From: Macrostomum lignano | Taxonomy: Eukaryota | DNA: 64,000 bases | Direction: 5' to 3' | Assembly: GCA_002269645.1 (NCBI GenBank) | Contig: NIVC01001914.1 | Location: 62,001 to 126,000, forward strand | Shown here: one piece after another, positions 40,008 through 53,747 of the stretch | Layout: each line of letters starts with the position of its first letter | How positions within the stretch are numbered: position 1 is the stretch's first letter | Program-made: the position numbers and the translations under genes | Notes under the pieces: generated by a model | The model's input: only the letters and a program-made list of their open reading frames with translations | Told to the model about the DNA's origin: nothing | The model's database searches: none

Positions 40008-40561
40008 ATCTCAGGAGACAGAAGTCGGCCATCTGCAGCTGGGCAGCAGCAACAGCAGTTCGAGAGCAGCAGACGGATGTCATGCAGGCGCAGAAGTTCT
40101 GCCATCGCAGATTGCCCATCAGACACCCCATTGTGGCCACAGAGTGTTTAGGAATCTCAGCTATTTTGTTTTGAAACAAAATTTTTCAAATATACGGTCT
40201 TACTTGGATGGGTGAATTTGCTTTAACAGGGAGTAGTGAGGAATTTCCAGCTTATCAACTATTGCCGAGTCTTGAAGTGTGGCGCAATCCTCTATTGGGG
40301 ATTCGGAATCTGGTTGCTAGGGCAAAGATCTAGAGCTGAAACGAACTGTAGGACTGAACATTAACAATGTTGATACAGAATCAGTTTCAACCGTAAACTA
40401 AAATTGGCTGTTTAAAGAGAGTTTACTAGGCTTCCAAACAGATCAGCGGGCGGCCCCCTGGGCGACACACGCGATTCCATTAATTTTTCTGGTGATACTT
40501 CATCACTGAGATTGCTATCTGCATGGCTGCTGGCGCAATCAAGCTGTGGTGTTGCTGAGTG

Positions 40562-40905
<344 letters not shown>

Positions 40906-40919
40906 CTGAGAGTGAAGAC

Positions 40920-41470
40920 AAGGGAGAGGAAGAGGAGAGAAGAGAGAGGAGAGTAAAGATAGGAGAGAGGAGAGAGGAGAGTAAAGAGAGGAGAGAGGAG
41001 TGAGGAGAGAGGAGAGAGGAGAGAGGAGAGTAAAGAGAGGAGAGAGGAGAGAGGAGAGACGAGAGAGGAGAGAGGAGAGAGGAGAGAGGAGAGAGGAGTG
41101 AGGAGAGAGGAGAGAGGAGAGAGGAGAGTAAAGAGAGGAGAGAGGAGAGAGGAGAGTAAAGAGAGGAGAGAGGAGAGAGGAGAGTAAAGAGAGGAGAGAG
41201 GAGTGAGGAGAGAGGAGAAAGGAGAGAGGAGAGTAAAGAGAGGAGAGAGGAGAGAGGAGAGACGAGAGAGGAGAGAGGAGAGAGGAGAGAGGAGCGAGGA
41301 GAGATGAGAGAGGAGTGAGGAGAGAGGAGAAAGGAGAGACGAGAGAGGAGAGAGGAGAGAGGAGAGAGGAGAGAGGAGAGAGGAGAGAGGAGAGAGGAGA
41401 GAGGAGAGAGGAGAGACCAGAATTAGTTAAGAGAAGAAGAGAGAAGAGAGGAGAGGAGAGAGTAGAGCAG
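40920..41470. repeat. (GAGAG)n pentamer tract
   Basis: Directly visible. Confidence 0.95.
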
Positions 41471-42134
41471 GCAGAAGCATATGTGGAACATGCGTGGCCA
41501 AAGCTAAAGAAATTTACGCAGCACAACTGAGATGAGAAGTGACGAGTAACGATTTAATCTACGCTCGTAACTCCCAAAAATAGCGAATTCCAGAGATTTC
41601 CAAGGCGTGAATAGCGAAATCTTATTGCTTTAGAGAATCAAATTGCAGTTTCTTTCCTCTAGTAGAAAAAGCAAGCAGCTGGTGGCTTCAGCTGAGATCT
41701 GATCCCAAGAACCCTATCCTCTCGGACCGTAGCAGCAACAGCTGCGAAGAAAAATGGCGATTGTTCAGAAGTTTTCCCCCTTGGATTTTGCCCCCGAGGC
41801 AAACGGAAGACAGAGAAGAAAATTCTCGATTGCATCACAGCCAATCCATAGGCTGAACGCACAGATGCATTACGGCCAATTAGGCATTGCAAAATTCGAA
41901 CAATTAACAAACGGCCGTGTGAATTACAGTCTTGAGGGCCACTTTAGCTATACTTGGAGAGGCCCAGGACACTACGGATACGGGCTGAAGGCGATTTTTA
42001 TCAACAGAGCACCTCAAACAGGTGTTCTTGTGCAGCCAATAACCAAACTTCTGTACTCACTGGGCTTGCTTGGTTTTAATTTTTGTCTTTTGGTTTAGAT
42101 TTTAAATTCTGGCAAATGAATTGTGAAATAATTA

Positions 42135-42660
42135 TAAGCAGATACAGACAGGCAGATGGATAGACAAACAGACACAGTCAGACAGGCACAGACAAACAGG
42201 CACAAGCAGATAGACACAATGAGACAGACACATACAGACAGGCACAGACAGACATACAGACAAACACATCAGACGGACGGAGACATACAGACAGGCACAG
42301 ACAGACGGACGGACACATACAGGCACAAACAGACACATACAGACAGACACAGAGACATACTGACAGGCACAAACAGACATATACAGACACATACAGACAG
42401 GCACAGACTGCACACAGACGCATACAGAGACACAGACAGACAGACAGACACGTACAGACAGACACATACAGACAGACAGACACGTACAGACAGACACAAA
42501 CAGATACATAAACAGACACATATAAACAAGCTCATACAGACAGACACAAACAGACACATAAACAGACACATATAGACAGACACAACAGACAGACAGACAA
42601 ACAGACACTTGCAGACACTTACAGACAGACAGACACATGCAAACAGACACAGGCAGACAG
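42135..42660. repeat. Degenerate (CAGA/CA)n tract
   Basis: Directly visible. Confidence 0.9.
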
Positions 42661-43368
42661 CAGCTAAAGCGGCCGCAAAGTTCATGCCTGCACAATTTAA
42701 AATGCTACATTTCACACTTTTATCCTGCGAATTCTATGGCTAAACTGACACGGAAAATCGCCACTCAATTCAGGAATTTCTCGCCAGATTCTCCCCCCCC
42801 CCCTTCATGCGGGCCTCTGCCAACCCTCGAACCCGCGTGAACAGAATCTCCGAAAAGGTAGGTCTCTCTCTCTCTCTCCCTCTCTCTATTAGACGCACGC
42901 GTGAAAAGTGGCACCCATTAATGGCGGCGGCTGACACTCGACGCGAACCAGCCGCACGTCAGGTCCTCCTGGTCCAGCACAACAAAAATGACCGACAGAG
43001 TGAGGGACAGAGGGTGGCATCTGGCCTCCAGAGATCCTCTGGCCAAAAATATTGTGGGGGAAAGAAGGTCTTTGGTAGGGCCAAGATCCATCCCTGTTCT
43101 GATCCTCCGCGAATTTTATCCTCGAGAATTTTTTAAACGACAGGCAGAAACATTGCGAGGAAAAAGCGTGCGAGAGGCTCTCAGAGGCGTGCGGGTGTGA
43201 CAGCTTTTTTCTCTATAGATTAAAAATGAATGTTGGCCATTGCGACTGAGTGGCAAAAGTCGAATGCCGTTTCCGTGTTTTTTATTTTCTTTTATTGCTT
43301 CTCGGGTTCGCTTTTTCTGGACAAAATAAACGGTTAAGAGGAACAGTAAAAAAGCGGCATTAAGATTA

Positions 43369-43579
<211 letters not shown>

Positions 43580-44199
43580 AACAGGCCAATTATCACACAG
43601 TGAAGCAGGTGATCAGAAGCGTGACATTTTGTTGGTTTCCCAGCCACCTTGCCAGCTATGCTCAGTCACCTTAACAAGTTATTGAACATGCAAACAGAAA
43701 TATTCTCTTTCTACTCATTTTCCAGTTCTGAAATTTCCTCAACTTTATGCCAGCAATAATATGCCCACAGGAGCAAACAATGACACACGCCTTGCGCAAT
43801 ATGAACCCATTGTGTTCCTAAATTGCGCGAATAACACCCTTGGACATGGAATCGGGTTAGAGGGGTCACAGAGGTCAAACTGAGATCCGTGTGCGATACA
43901 GGGCGATTCCCAGTTTGTTTTGGTTGAAAGCGAAAGCCGTGCAGAGACTGAGCTGTCGCCTTAACCTGCATGGTTATTAAAACAAATACGGGCAAAGTTC
44001 TAAACAGAAGCAGCGATAGGGGTCCCGCGACCCTGATTTCCAGGGAAGCTCTGTTTGTTCCCCGAAGCCCGTCTGCTGACTGGGAGTTTGGAGCAACAGC
44101 CCGCGGCTCCAACAGAGTAGCGCGGTTTTGTGTGTCCGGCGGAGTCTGCTGGGCAGGTGGGCAGTGAGACTAGAGTTGGGGGCTGTAATTGAGGGTAAA

Positions 44200-47100
44200 A
44201 AAGAGGGTGAACTGGAGGGTAGAAGAGAGGGTGAACTGGAGGGTAGAAGAGAGGGTGAACTGGAGGGTAGAAGAGAGGATGAGCTGGTGGGTAGAAGAGA
44301 GGATGAACTGGAGGGTAGAAGAGAGGGTGAACTGGAGGGTAGAAGAGAGGATGAGCTGGTGGGTAGAAGAGAGGATGAACTGGAGGGTAGAAGAGAGGAT
44401 GAGCTGGAGGGTAGAGGAGAGGATGAACTGGAGGGTAGAAGAGAGGATGAACTGGAGGGTAGAAGAGGTGATGAACTGGAGGGTAGAAGAGGTGATGAAC
44501 TGGAGGGTAGAAGAGGTGATGAAATGGAGGGTAGAAGAGGTGATGAACTGGAGGGTAGAAGAGAGGATGAACTGGAGGGTAGAAGAGAGGATGAGCTGGT
44601 GGGTAGAAGAGAGGATGAGCTGGTGGGTAGAAGAGAGGATGAAATGGAGGGTAGAAGAGGTGATGAACTGGAGGGTAGAAGAGGGGATGAACTGGAGGGT
44701 AGAAGAGAGGATGAACTGGAGGGTAGAAGAGAGGATGAACTGGAGGGTAGAAGAGAGGATGAAATGGAGGGTAGAAGAGAGGATGAACTGGAGGGTAGAA
44801 GAGAAGATGAAATGGAGGGTAGAAGAGAGGATGAGCTGGTGGGTAGAAGAGAGGATGAACTGGAGGGTAGAAGAGAGGGTGAACTGGAGGGTAGAAGAGA
44901 GGATGAGCTGGTGGGTAGAAGAGAGGATGAACTGGAGGGTAGAAGAGAGGATGAGCTGGAGGGTAGAGGAGAGGATGAACTGGAGGGTAGAAGAGAGGAT
45001 GAACTGGAGGGTAGAAGAGGTGATGAACTGGAGGGTAGAAGAGGTGATGAACTGGAGGGTAGAAGAGGTGATGAAATGGAGGGTAGAAGAGGTGATGAAC
45101 TGGAGGGTAGAAGAGAGGATGAACTGGAGGGTAGAAGAGAGGATGAGCTGGTGGGTAGAAGAGAGGATGAGCTGGTGGGTAGAAGAGAGGATGAAATGGA
45201 GGGTAGAAGAGGTGATGAACTGGAGGGTAGAAGAGGGGATGAACTGGAGGGTAGAAGAGAGGATGAACTGGAGGGTAGAAGAGAGGATGAACTGGAGGGT
45301 AGAAGAGAGGATGAAATGGAGGGTAGAAGAGAGGATGAACTGGAGGGTAGAAGAGAAGATGAAATGGAGGGTAGAAGAGAGGATGAGCTGGAGGGTAGAA
45401 GAGAGGATGAAATGGAGGGTAGAAGAGAGGATGAACTGGAGGGGTAGAAGAGAGGATGAACTGGAGGGTAGAAGAGAGGATGAACTGGAGGGTAGAAGAG
45501 AGGATGAACTGGAGGGTAGAAGAGAGGATGAACTGGAGGGTAGAAGAGAGGATGAACTGGAGGGTAGAAGAGAGGATGAACTGGAGGGTAGAAGAGAGGG
45601 TGAACTGGAGGGTAGAAGAGAGGGTGAGCTGGTGGGTAGAAGAGAGGATGAACTGGAGGGTAGAAGAGAGGATGAACTGGAGGGTAGAAGAGAGGATGAA
45701 CTGCAGGGTAGAAGAGAGGATGAACTGGAGGGTAGAAGAGAGGGTGAACTGGAGGGTAGAAGAGAGGGTGAACTGGAGGGTAGAAGAGAGGATGAACTGG
45801 AGGGTAGAAGAGAGGCTGAACTGGAGGGGTAGAAGAGAGGGTGAACTGGAGGGTAGAAGAGAGGATGAACTGGAGGGTAGAAGAGAGGATGAACTGCAGG
45901 GTAGAAGAGAGGATGAGCTGGTGGGTAGAAGAGAGGATGAACTGGAGGGTAGAAGAGAGGATGAACTGGAGGGTAGAGGAGAGGGTGAACTGGTGAACTG
46001 GAGGGTAGAAGAGAGGATGAGCTGGTGGGTAGAAGAGAGGATGAGCTGGAGGGTAGAGGAGAGGATGAACTGGAGGGCAGAAGACAGGGTGAACTGGAGG
46101 GGTAGAAGAGAGGGTGAACTGGAGGGTAGAAGAGAGGATGAACTGGAGGGCAGAAGACAGGGTGAACTGGAGGGGTAGAAGAGAGGGTGAACTGGAGGGT
46201 AGAAGAGAGGATGAACTGCAGGGTAGAAGAGAGGATGAACTGCAGGGTAGAAGAGAGGGTGAACTGGAGGGGTAGAAGAGAGGGTGAACTGGAGGGTAGA
46301 AGAGAGGATGAACTGCAGGGTAGAAGAGAGGATGAACTGCAGGGTAGAAGAGAGGGTGAACTGGAGGGGTAGAAGAGAGGATGAACTGCAGGGTAGAAGA
46401 GAGGATGAACTGGAGGGTAGAAGAGAGGATGAACTGCAGGGTAGAAGAGAGGGTGAACTGGAGGGTAGAAGAGAGGATGAACTGCAGGGTAGAAGAGAGG
46501 ATGAACTGGAGGGTAGAAGAGAGGATGAACTGGAGGGTAGAAGAGAGGATGAACTGGAGGGTAGAAGAGAGGATGAACTGCAGGGTAGAAGAGAGGATGA
46601 ACTGGAGGGTAGAAGAGAGGGTGAACTGGAGGGTAGAAGAGAGGGTGAACTGGAGGGGTAGAAGAGAGGGTGAACTGGAGGGGTAGAAGAGAGGGTGAAC
46701 TGGAGGGGTAGAAGAGAGGGTGAACTGGAGGGGTAGAAGAGAGGGTGAACTGGAGGGGTAGAAGAGAGGGTGAACTGGAGGGTAGAAGAGAGGATGAACT
46801 GCAGGGTAGAAGAGAGGGTGAACTGGAGGGGTAGAAGAGAGGATGAACTGGAGGGGTAGAAGAGAGGGTGAACTGGAGGGGTAGAAGAGAGGGTGAACTG
46901 GAGGGGTAGAAGAGAGGGTGAACTGGAGGGGTAGAAGAGAGGATGAACTGGAGGGGTAGAAGAGAGGGTGAACTGGAGGGTAGAAGAGAGGGTGAACTGG
47001 AGGGGTAGAAGAGAGGGTGAACTGGAGGGGTAGAAGAGAGGGTGAACTGGAGGGGTAGAAGAGAGGGTGAACTGGAGGGGTAGAAGAGAGGGTGAACTGG

Positions 47101-47501
47101 AGGGGTAGAAGAGAGGGTGAACTGGAGGGTAGAAGAGAGGATGAACTGCAGGGTAGAAGAGAGGGTGAACTGGAGGGGTAGAAGAGAGGATGAACTGGAG
47201 GGGTAGAAGAGAGGGTGAACTGGAGGGGTAGAAGAGAGGGTGAACTGGAGGGGTAGAAGAGAGGGTGAACTGGAGGGGTAGAAGAGAGGATGAACTGGAG
47301 GGGTAGAAGAGAGGGTGAACTGGAGGGGTAGAAGAGAGGGTGAACTGGAGGGGTAGAAGAGAGGGTGAACTGGAGGGGTAGAAGAGAGGGTGAACTGGAG
47401 GGGTAGAAGAGAGGGTGAACTGGAGGGGTAGAAGAGAGGATGAACTGGAGGGTAGAAGAGAGGGTGAACTGGAGGGTAGAAGAGAGGATGAACTGGAGGG
47501 T
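44200..47501. repeat. 24/25-bp purine-rich minisatellite (3.3 kb) with a 552-bp higher-order duplication
   Basis: Unit GAACTGGAGGGTAGAAGAGAGGAT; variant pattern at 44281 recurs at 44833; 25-bp GGGGTAG variants dominate the right half. Confidence 0.97.
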
Positions 47502-47989
47502 ATGATAAGGCATTTAAGGCGATACCCAGGAGCAGACGAGTCTGCATACTTGAGCAATGCCTGTCGCTGTTTTTTCTTGTCTTGGACTCGTGACTCACAC
47601 AGTCTTCACTCCCCATTCATATTTCAAGGTCCCGGCCTTCCCGCCAGGGGGCGGAGCCTCTATATGTAAGCAAACTTTGATCAAGTCAACCAGAAAAAAC
47701 CCATGGGCTCCGCTTCCCTTTCAATTGTCTCTGGTTTTTATATTCTACGCTGTGAAATATGACCAAGTTAGCAAAACCAAACTCTGGCGTGATGCGGCAG
47801 TTTGTCAAGCAGATAAAAAGCAATCCTGGATAAAGTTTGGTGACCTTATTAACTTATCAGCGAGAATGTCGTTATTGTAAGACTATTTGCGGTCTGAATT
47901 GAATTTAATTCTTCAATTATTCAATGAAACTCAATCAAATAATTTTTGGTTTTTGTTTTTAATTTGTAAGGTATTTTGCTGCCTTAAAC

Positions 47990-48570
47990 AGAGACGAGGA
48001 GAGAGGAGAGAGTAGAGAGGAGAGGCAGAGAGTAGAGAGGAGAGAGGAGAGAGGAGAGAGGAGAGGGGAGAGGGAGAAAGGAGAGAGGAGAGAAGAGAGA
48101 GGAGAGAGGAGAGAGGGGAGAGAGGAGAGAGGAGAGAGGAGAGAGGAGAGAGGAGAGAGGAGAGGGGAGAGGGAGAGAGGAGAGAGGAGAGAGGAGAGGG
48201 AGAGGGAGAAAGGAGAGAGGAGAGAAGAGAGAGGAGAGAGGAGAGAGGGGAGAGAAGAGAGGAGAGAGGGAGAGGAGAGAGGAGAGGGGAGAGGGAGAGA
48301 GGAGAGAGGAGAGAGGAGAGAGGGAAGAGAGAAGAGAAGTGAGGAGAAAGCGAGGGGAGAAAGGAGAGAGGAGAGTGGAGAGAGGAGAGGGAGAGAGGGG
48401 AGGGAGAAAGGAGAGAGCAATGGGAGAGGGGAGAGTGGAGAGAGGAGAGGGAGATAGGGGAGGGAGAAAGGAGAGAGCAATGGGAGAGGGGAGAGTGGAG
48501 AGAGGAGAGGGATAGAGGGGAGGGAGAAAGGAGAGAGCAATGGGAGAGGGGAGAGAAGAGAGGTGAGAAT
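47990..48570. repeat. Degenerate (GAGAG)n tract
   Basis: Directly visible. Confidence 0.93.
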
Positions 48571-48987
48571 CAGAAGAGAGAAGAGAGATGCCAGATGAGC
48601 TGATTGATTGACAGCAGCAGTTTTTTTTGGGAGGAAGGGGGAGTTTTATCCCCCTAAACTCGTTTGTGGGTCTGGATGGTAGGATGAGGCAGTTTGATGA
48701 GTTGGTAAACAAGCTCGAATCGAGTAAAGGTCGCCATTGGCTATTCAGCACCAGCCTCCAGAGCCATGCGACATCACTTAATTCATATTGGATCGCCAGT
48801 TTTAATAGTTAGCCAAACAAACAAATTGGGGCGCTCCGGGGGATTGACAGATGGGATGCGAGCTGAGCACAGTGTTTTATGATGCCTTACACAATGTTGA
48901 AACGCATGCATCAAGCAGCAGGATGCCTGTGTTTTCTGAAGCCTTGAACTGCTCTCCGATGCTTCAGGAAGCCTAAACTTCAGTGTG

Positions 48988-49655
48988 TTGTAACCTACAC
49001 TTCATGATACTGTAACCTACACTTCATGATACTGTAACCTACACTTCATGATACTGTAACCTACACTTCATGATATTGTAACCTACACTTCATGAGACTC
49101 TAACCTACACTTCATGAAACTGTAACCTACACTTCAGGATGCTGTAACCTACACTTCATGAGACTGTAACCTACACTTCAGGATGCTGTAACCTATACTT
49201 CAGGATGTTGTAACCTACACTTCAGGATGCTGTAACCTATACTTCAGAATGTTGTAACCTACACTTCAGGACGTTGTAACTTACACTTCATAATACTGTA
49301 ACCTACACTTCAGGATGTTGTAACCTACACTTCAGGATGCTGTAACCTATACTTCAGGATGTTGTAACCTACACTTCAGGATGCTTTAACCTATACTTCA
49401 TAATACTGTAGCTTACACTTCATAATACTGTAACCTACACTTCAGGATGCTGTAACCTACACTTCAGGGTGCTGTAACCTACACTTCAGGGTGCTGTAAC
49501 CTACACTTCAGGGTGCTGTAACCTACACTTCAGGGTGCTGTAACCTACACTTCAGGGTGCTGTAACCTACACTTCAGGATGCTGTAACCTACACTTCAGG
49601 GTGTGTATTCTATACTTCAGGGTGCTGTATTCTATACTTCAGGGTGCTGTAACAT
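48988..49655. repeat. 22-bp minisatellite (~30 copies)
   Basis: Unit TGTAACCTACACTTCAGGATGC. Confidence 0.95.
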
Positions 49656-49719
49656 AAACCTTAAGAAGCTTCAACTTTACCCCACCCCCCAATCCTCGAG
49701 AATGAATCCACAAAGCCAC

Positions 49720-49800
49720 TGCTACTATAAGTAGTTGATTCATTTCTGAGTGAAGAAACGGCCAAGCGCAAGCCCCATTGGTTGGCCAATCCCGACAGTC
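49720..49800. promoter_or_regulatory. Possible bidirectional promoter core
   Basis: Opposed CCAAT boxes (ATTGG 49777-49781, CCAAT 49786-49790) and TATAA at ~49726, inside the island where repeat strand bias flips. Motifs only. Confidence 0.2.
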
Positions 49801-50544
49801 CTATCCAAGACCCAAACGCCCCCTAGTCTCAAAAACAATCTTTAAGAAGCGAGACAAAACTCTCAGAAGCCTTAGCGGTATAAGCTTCATTCCTGTCATC
49901 GTTATTCGACAATAATTTTTTTTAGCGACGATGACCACGCTTCTGGCTGACAGCGATACTGTCTGCTCAAGTGCTCGGTGAGTCCGTATATGAGAGTTGA
50001 TATATTAATGCTCAGTGTGGAAGTCTTGTGTATCTGCTGCGGCTCAATACCGTTAAGGTCTGAGAAGGAACAGCAGTAAACGCAAGCTATAATGGGGGGG
50101 GGGGCTGAGACAGACTGTGAAGAGACAAAAACTTGGCACTGAAATGCAGACTTAGTGAAACAAGAAATGGACAGTGCTTTCAAGAAGCGCCCACATAACT
50201 GTGTATTATATGGACAATGGGATTGATCAATGCATGCATGGCTTCACTGGGTTTGCAATACTTCATTTTTATGGCAGCATAGAGGGCTGGGAGGGCGCTT
50301 TCTCAGCATGCTTGGTGAATAACAACACTGCAGCAGCAGAGTTACTGCTTTTTAGCTGCTGTTTCTCATTTTCTATTGCTGCTGGGGCTGTCTGCAAATT
50401 CTAGCAGGCCTTTCTCTGGCCAGCCGCCTTTTTAGGTGTTGTTAAAGACTTGAATAACTAAACAAATGCAATCTTTTATGAAAAACTGGTGTCAATGGAT
50501 TGTTTTATACTCTTGTTCACACTTATTCTGCCATACAGGATCTG

Positions 50545-53255
50545 TTCCTCACTCTCCTCTCTCTGCTCCCCCTGTCTCATCTCCTCTCTCCCTGCTCCCC
50601 CTGTCTCATCTCCTCTCTCTGTTCTCTCTGTCTCATCTCCTCTCTCTGTTCTCTCTGCCTCATCTCCTCTCTCTGTTCTCTCTGCCTCATCTCCTCTCTC
50701 TGTTCTCTCTGCCTCATCTCCTCTCTCTGTTCTCTCTGCCTCATCTCCTCTCTCTGTTCTCCCCCTGCCTCATCTCCTCTCTCTGCTCCCCCTGTCTCAT
50801 CTCCTCTCCCTGCTCCCCCTGTCTCATTTCCTCTCTCTGTTCTCCCCCTGTCTCATCTCCTCTCTGCTCTCCCTGTCTCATCTCCTCTCCCTGCTCCCCC
50901 TGTCTCATTTCCTCTCTCTGTTCTCCCCCTGTCTCATCTCCTCTCCCTGCTCCCCCTGTCTCATCTCCTCTCTCTGTTCTCCCCCTGTCTCATCTCCTCT
51001 CTCTGTTCTCCCCCTGTCTCATCTCCTCTCCCTGCTCCCCCTGTCTCATCTCCTCTCTCTGTTCTCCCCCTGTCTCATCTCCTCTCCCTGCTCCCCCTGT
51101 CTCATCTCCTCTCCCTGCTCCCCCTGTCTCATCTCCTCTCCCTGCTCCCCCTGTCTCATCTCCTCTCTCTGTTCTCTCTGCCTCATCTCCTCTCTCTGTT
51201 CTCCCCCTGTCTCATCTCCTCTCCCTGCTCCCCCTGTCTCATCTCCTCTCTCTGTTCTCCCCCTGTCTCATCTCCTCTCCCTGCTCCCCCTGTCTCATCT
51301 CCTCTCCCTGCTCCCCCTGTCTCATCTCCTCTCCCTGCTCCCCCTGTCTCATCTCCTCTCTCTATTCTCTCTGCCTCATCTCCTCTCTCTGTTCTCCCCC
51401 TGTCTCATCTCCTCTCCCTGCTCCCCCTGTCTCATCTCCTCTCTCTATTCTCTCTGCCTCATCTCCTCTCTCTGTTCTCCCCCTGTCTCATCTCCTCTCC
51501 CTGCTCCCTTTGTCTCATCTCCTCTCTCTGTTCTCCCCCTGTCTCATCTCCTCTCCCTGCTCCCCCTGTCTCATCTCCTCTCTCTGTTCTCCCCCTGTCT
51601 CATCTCCTCTCTCTGTTCTCCTTGTCTCATCTCTTCTCTCTCTGCTCTCCCTGTCTCAACTCCTCTCTCTCTGCTCTCCCTGTCTCATCTCTTCTCTCTG
51701 CTCTCCCTGTCTCATCTCTTCTCTCTGCTCTCCCTGTCTCATCTCTTCTCTCTCTGCTCTCCCTGTCTCATCTCCTCTCTCTGTTCTCCCCCTGTCTCAT
51801 CTCCTCTCTCTGTTCTCCCCCTGTCTCATCTCCTCTCTCTGTTCTCCCCCTGTCTCATCTCCTCTCTCTGTTCTCCCCCTGTCTCATCTCCTCTCTCTGT
51901 TCTCCCCCTGTCTCATCTCCTCTCCCTGCTCCCCCTGTCTCATCTCCTCTCCCTGCTCCCCCTGTCTCATCTCATCTCCCTGCTCCCCCTGTCTCATCTC
52001 CTCTCTCTGTTCTCTCTGCCTCATCTCCTCTCTCTGTTCTCCCCCTGTCTCATCTCCTCTCCCTGCTCCCCCTGTCTCATCTCCTCTCTCTGTTCTCCCC
52101 CTGTCTCATCTCCTCTCTCTGTTCTCCCCCTGTCTCATCTCCTCTCTCTGTTCTCCCCCTGTCTCATCTCCTCTCTCCCTGCTCCCCCTGTCTCATCTCC
52201 TCTCCCTGCTCCCCCTGTCTCATCTCCTCTCCCTGCTCCCCCTGTCTCATCTCCTCTCTCTGTTCTCCCCCTGTCTCATCTCCTCTCCCTGCTCCCCCTG
52301 TCTCATCTCCTCTCTCTGTTCTCCCCCTGTCTCATCTCCTCTCCCTGCTCCCCCTGTCTCATCTCCTCTCTCTGTTCTCCCCCTGTCTCATCTCCTCTCC
52401 CTGCTCCCTTTGTCTCATCTCCTCTCTCTGTTCTCCCCCTGTCTCATCTCCTCTCCCTGCTCCCCCTGTCTCATCTCCTCTCTCTGTTCTCCCCCTGTCT
52501 CATCTCCTCTCTCTGTTCTCCCCCTGTCTCATCTCCTCTCTCTGTTCTCCTTGTCTCATCTCTTCTCTCTCTGCTCTCCCTGTCTCAACTCCTCTCTCTC
52601 TGCTCTCCCTGTCTCATCTCTTCTCTCTGCTCTCCCTGTCTCATCTCTTCTCTCTGCTCTCCCTGTCTCATCTCTTCTCTCTCTGCTCTCCCTGTCTCAA
52701 CTCCTCTCTCTCTGCTCTCCCTGTCTCATCTCTTCTCTCTGCTCTCCCTGTCTCATCTCTTCTCTCTGCTCTCCCTGTCTCATCTCTTCTCTCTCTGCTC
52801 TCCCTGTCTCATCTCTTCTCTCTCTGTTCTCCTTGTCTCATCTCTTCTCTCTCTGCTCTCCCTGTCTCAACTCCTCTCTCTCTGCTCTCCCTGTCTCATC
52901 TCCTCTCTGCTCTCCCTGTCTCATCTCCTCTCTCTGCTCTCCCTGTCTCATCTCCTCTCTGCTCTCCCTGTCTCATCTCCTCTCTCTGCTCTCCCTGTCT
53001 CATCTCCTCTCTCTGCTCTCCCTGTCTCCTCTCCTCTCTGCTCTCCCTGTCTCATCTCCTCTCTCTGCTCTCCCTGTCTCATCTCCTCTCTGCTCTCCCT
53101 GTCTCATCTCCTCTCTCTGTTCTCCCTGTCTCATCTCCTCTCCCTGCTCCCCCTGTCTCATCTCCTCTCTGTTCTCCCTGTCTCATCTCCTCTCTGCTCC
53201 CCCTGTCTCATCTCCTCTCTCTGTTCTCCCTGTCTCAACTCCTCTCCCTCTGCTC
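50545..53255. repeat. 27-29-bp pyrimidine-rich minisatellite (2.7 kb)
   Basis: Unit CCCCTGTCTCATCTCCTCTCCCTGCTC and variants. Confidence 0.96.
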
Positions 53256-53747
53256 TGCTAAAGCAAAAAACTAAAATGCTTTTTGGCACTGTTCCGATCT
53301 ATCGTATCGTCATATCGATAGCACAATAAAGGTTGGATGGTCCAGCACACATCAAGAGGGATTATACAAGTGCGACTCATGCTGACGAACTCATTCTGAC
53401 TGATTGCTATCTTTTCTCCTCTGTCGCTACAACGCATCGACGCTTCATCCGGTTTTGTTATGCATAGCTCGTATGGGATGAGGTGAAAGGTGTACTAGGC
53501 TGTGGTACAAGGAAATGTTAATTATAGATACATTTCGATATACACTTTGACATCAGCGATGCTTTTTATTAATATTTGACTCTATTAATGAAATGTGACA
53601 AGCAGTATTAATAATGATGATGAAAGTTCCATAGCAATACTGCTAGAGATGGGTTGAAATATTGCGTGCTACTGGGAAGAGAAAGTATTAAGCGCATTTA
53701 ATCTCAGGTAAAGCCCTCACAATCTCGCGTCTCCACTGATCTGTCTA

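Noticed and set aside
40014-40151. + strand terminal-exon-like frame GDRSRPSAAGQQQQQFESSRRMSCRRRSS...WPQSV-stop
   Set aside because: The acceptor has no pyrimidine tract or branch point, no upstream exon was found, and several frames are open in this GC-rich island. It is not excluded, but unsupported.
43977-47616. ORFs over 1100 aa and a charged ELEGRRED repeat protein, considered as a possible adhesive or structural protein
   Set aside because: The frame is repeatedly broken by 25-bp variants, there are no unique domains, leader or convincing splice sites, and multiple frames are open.
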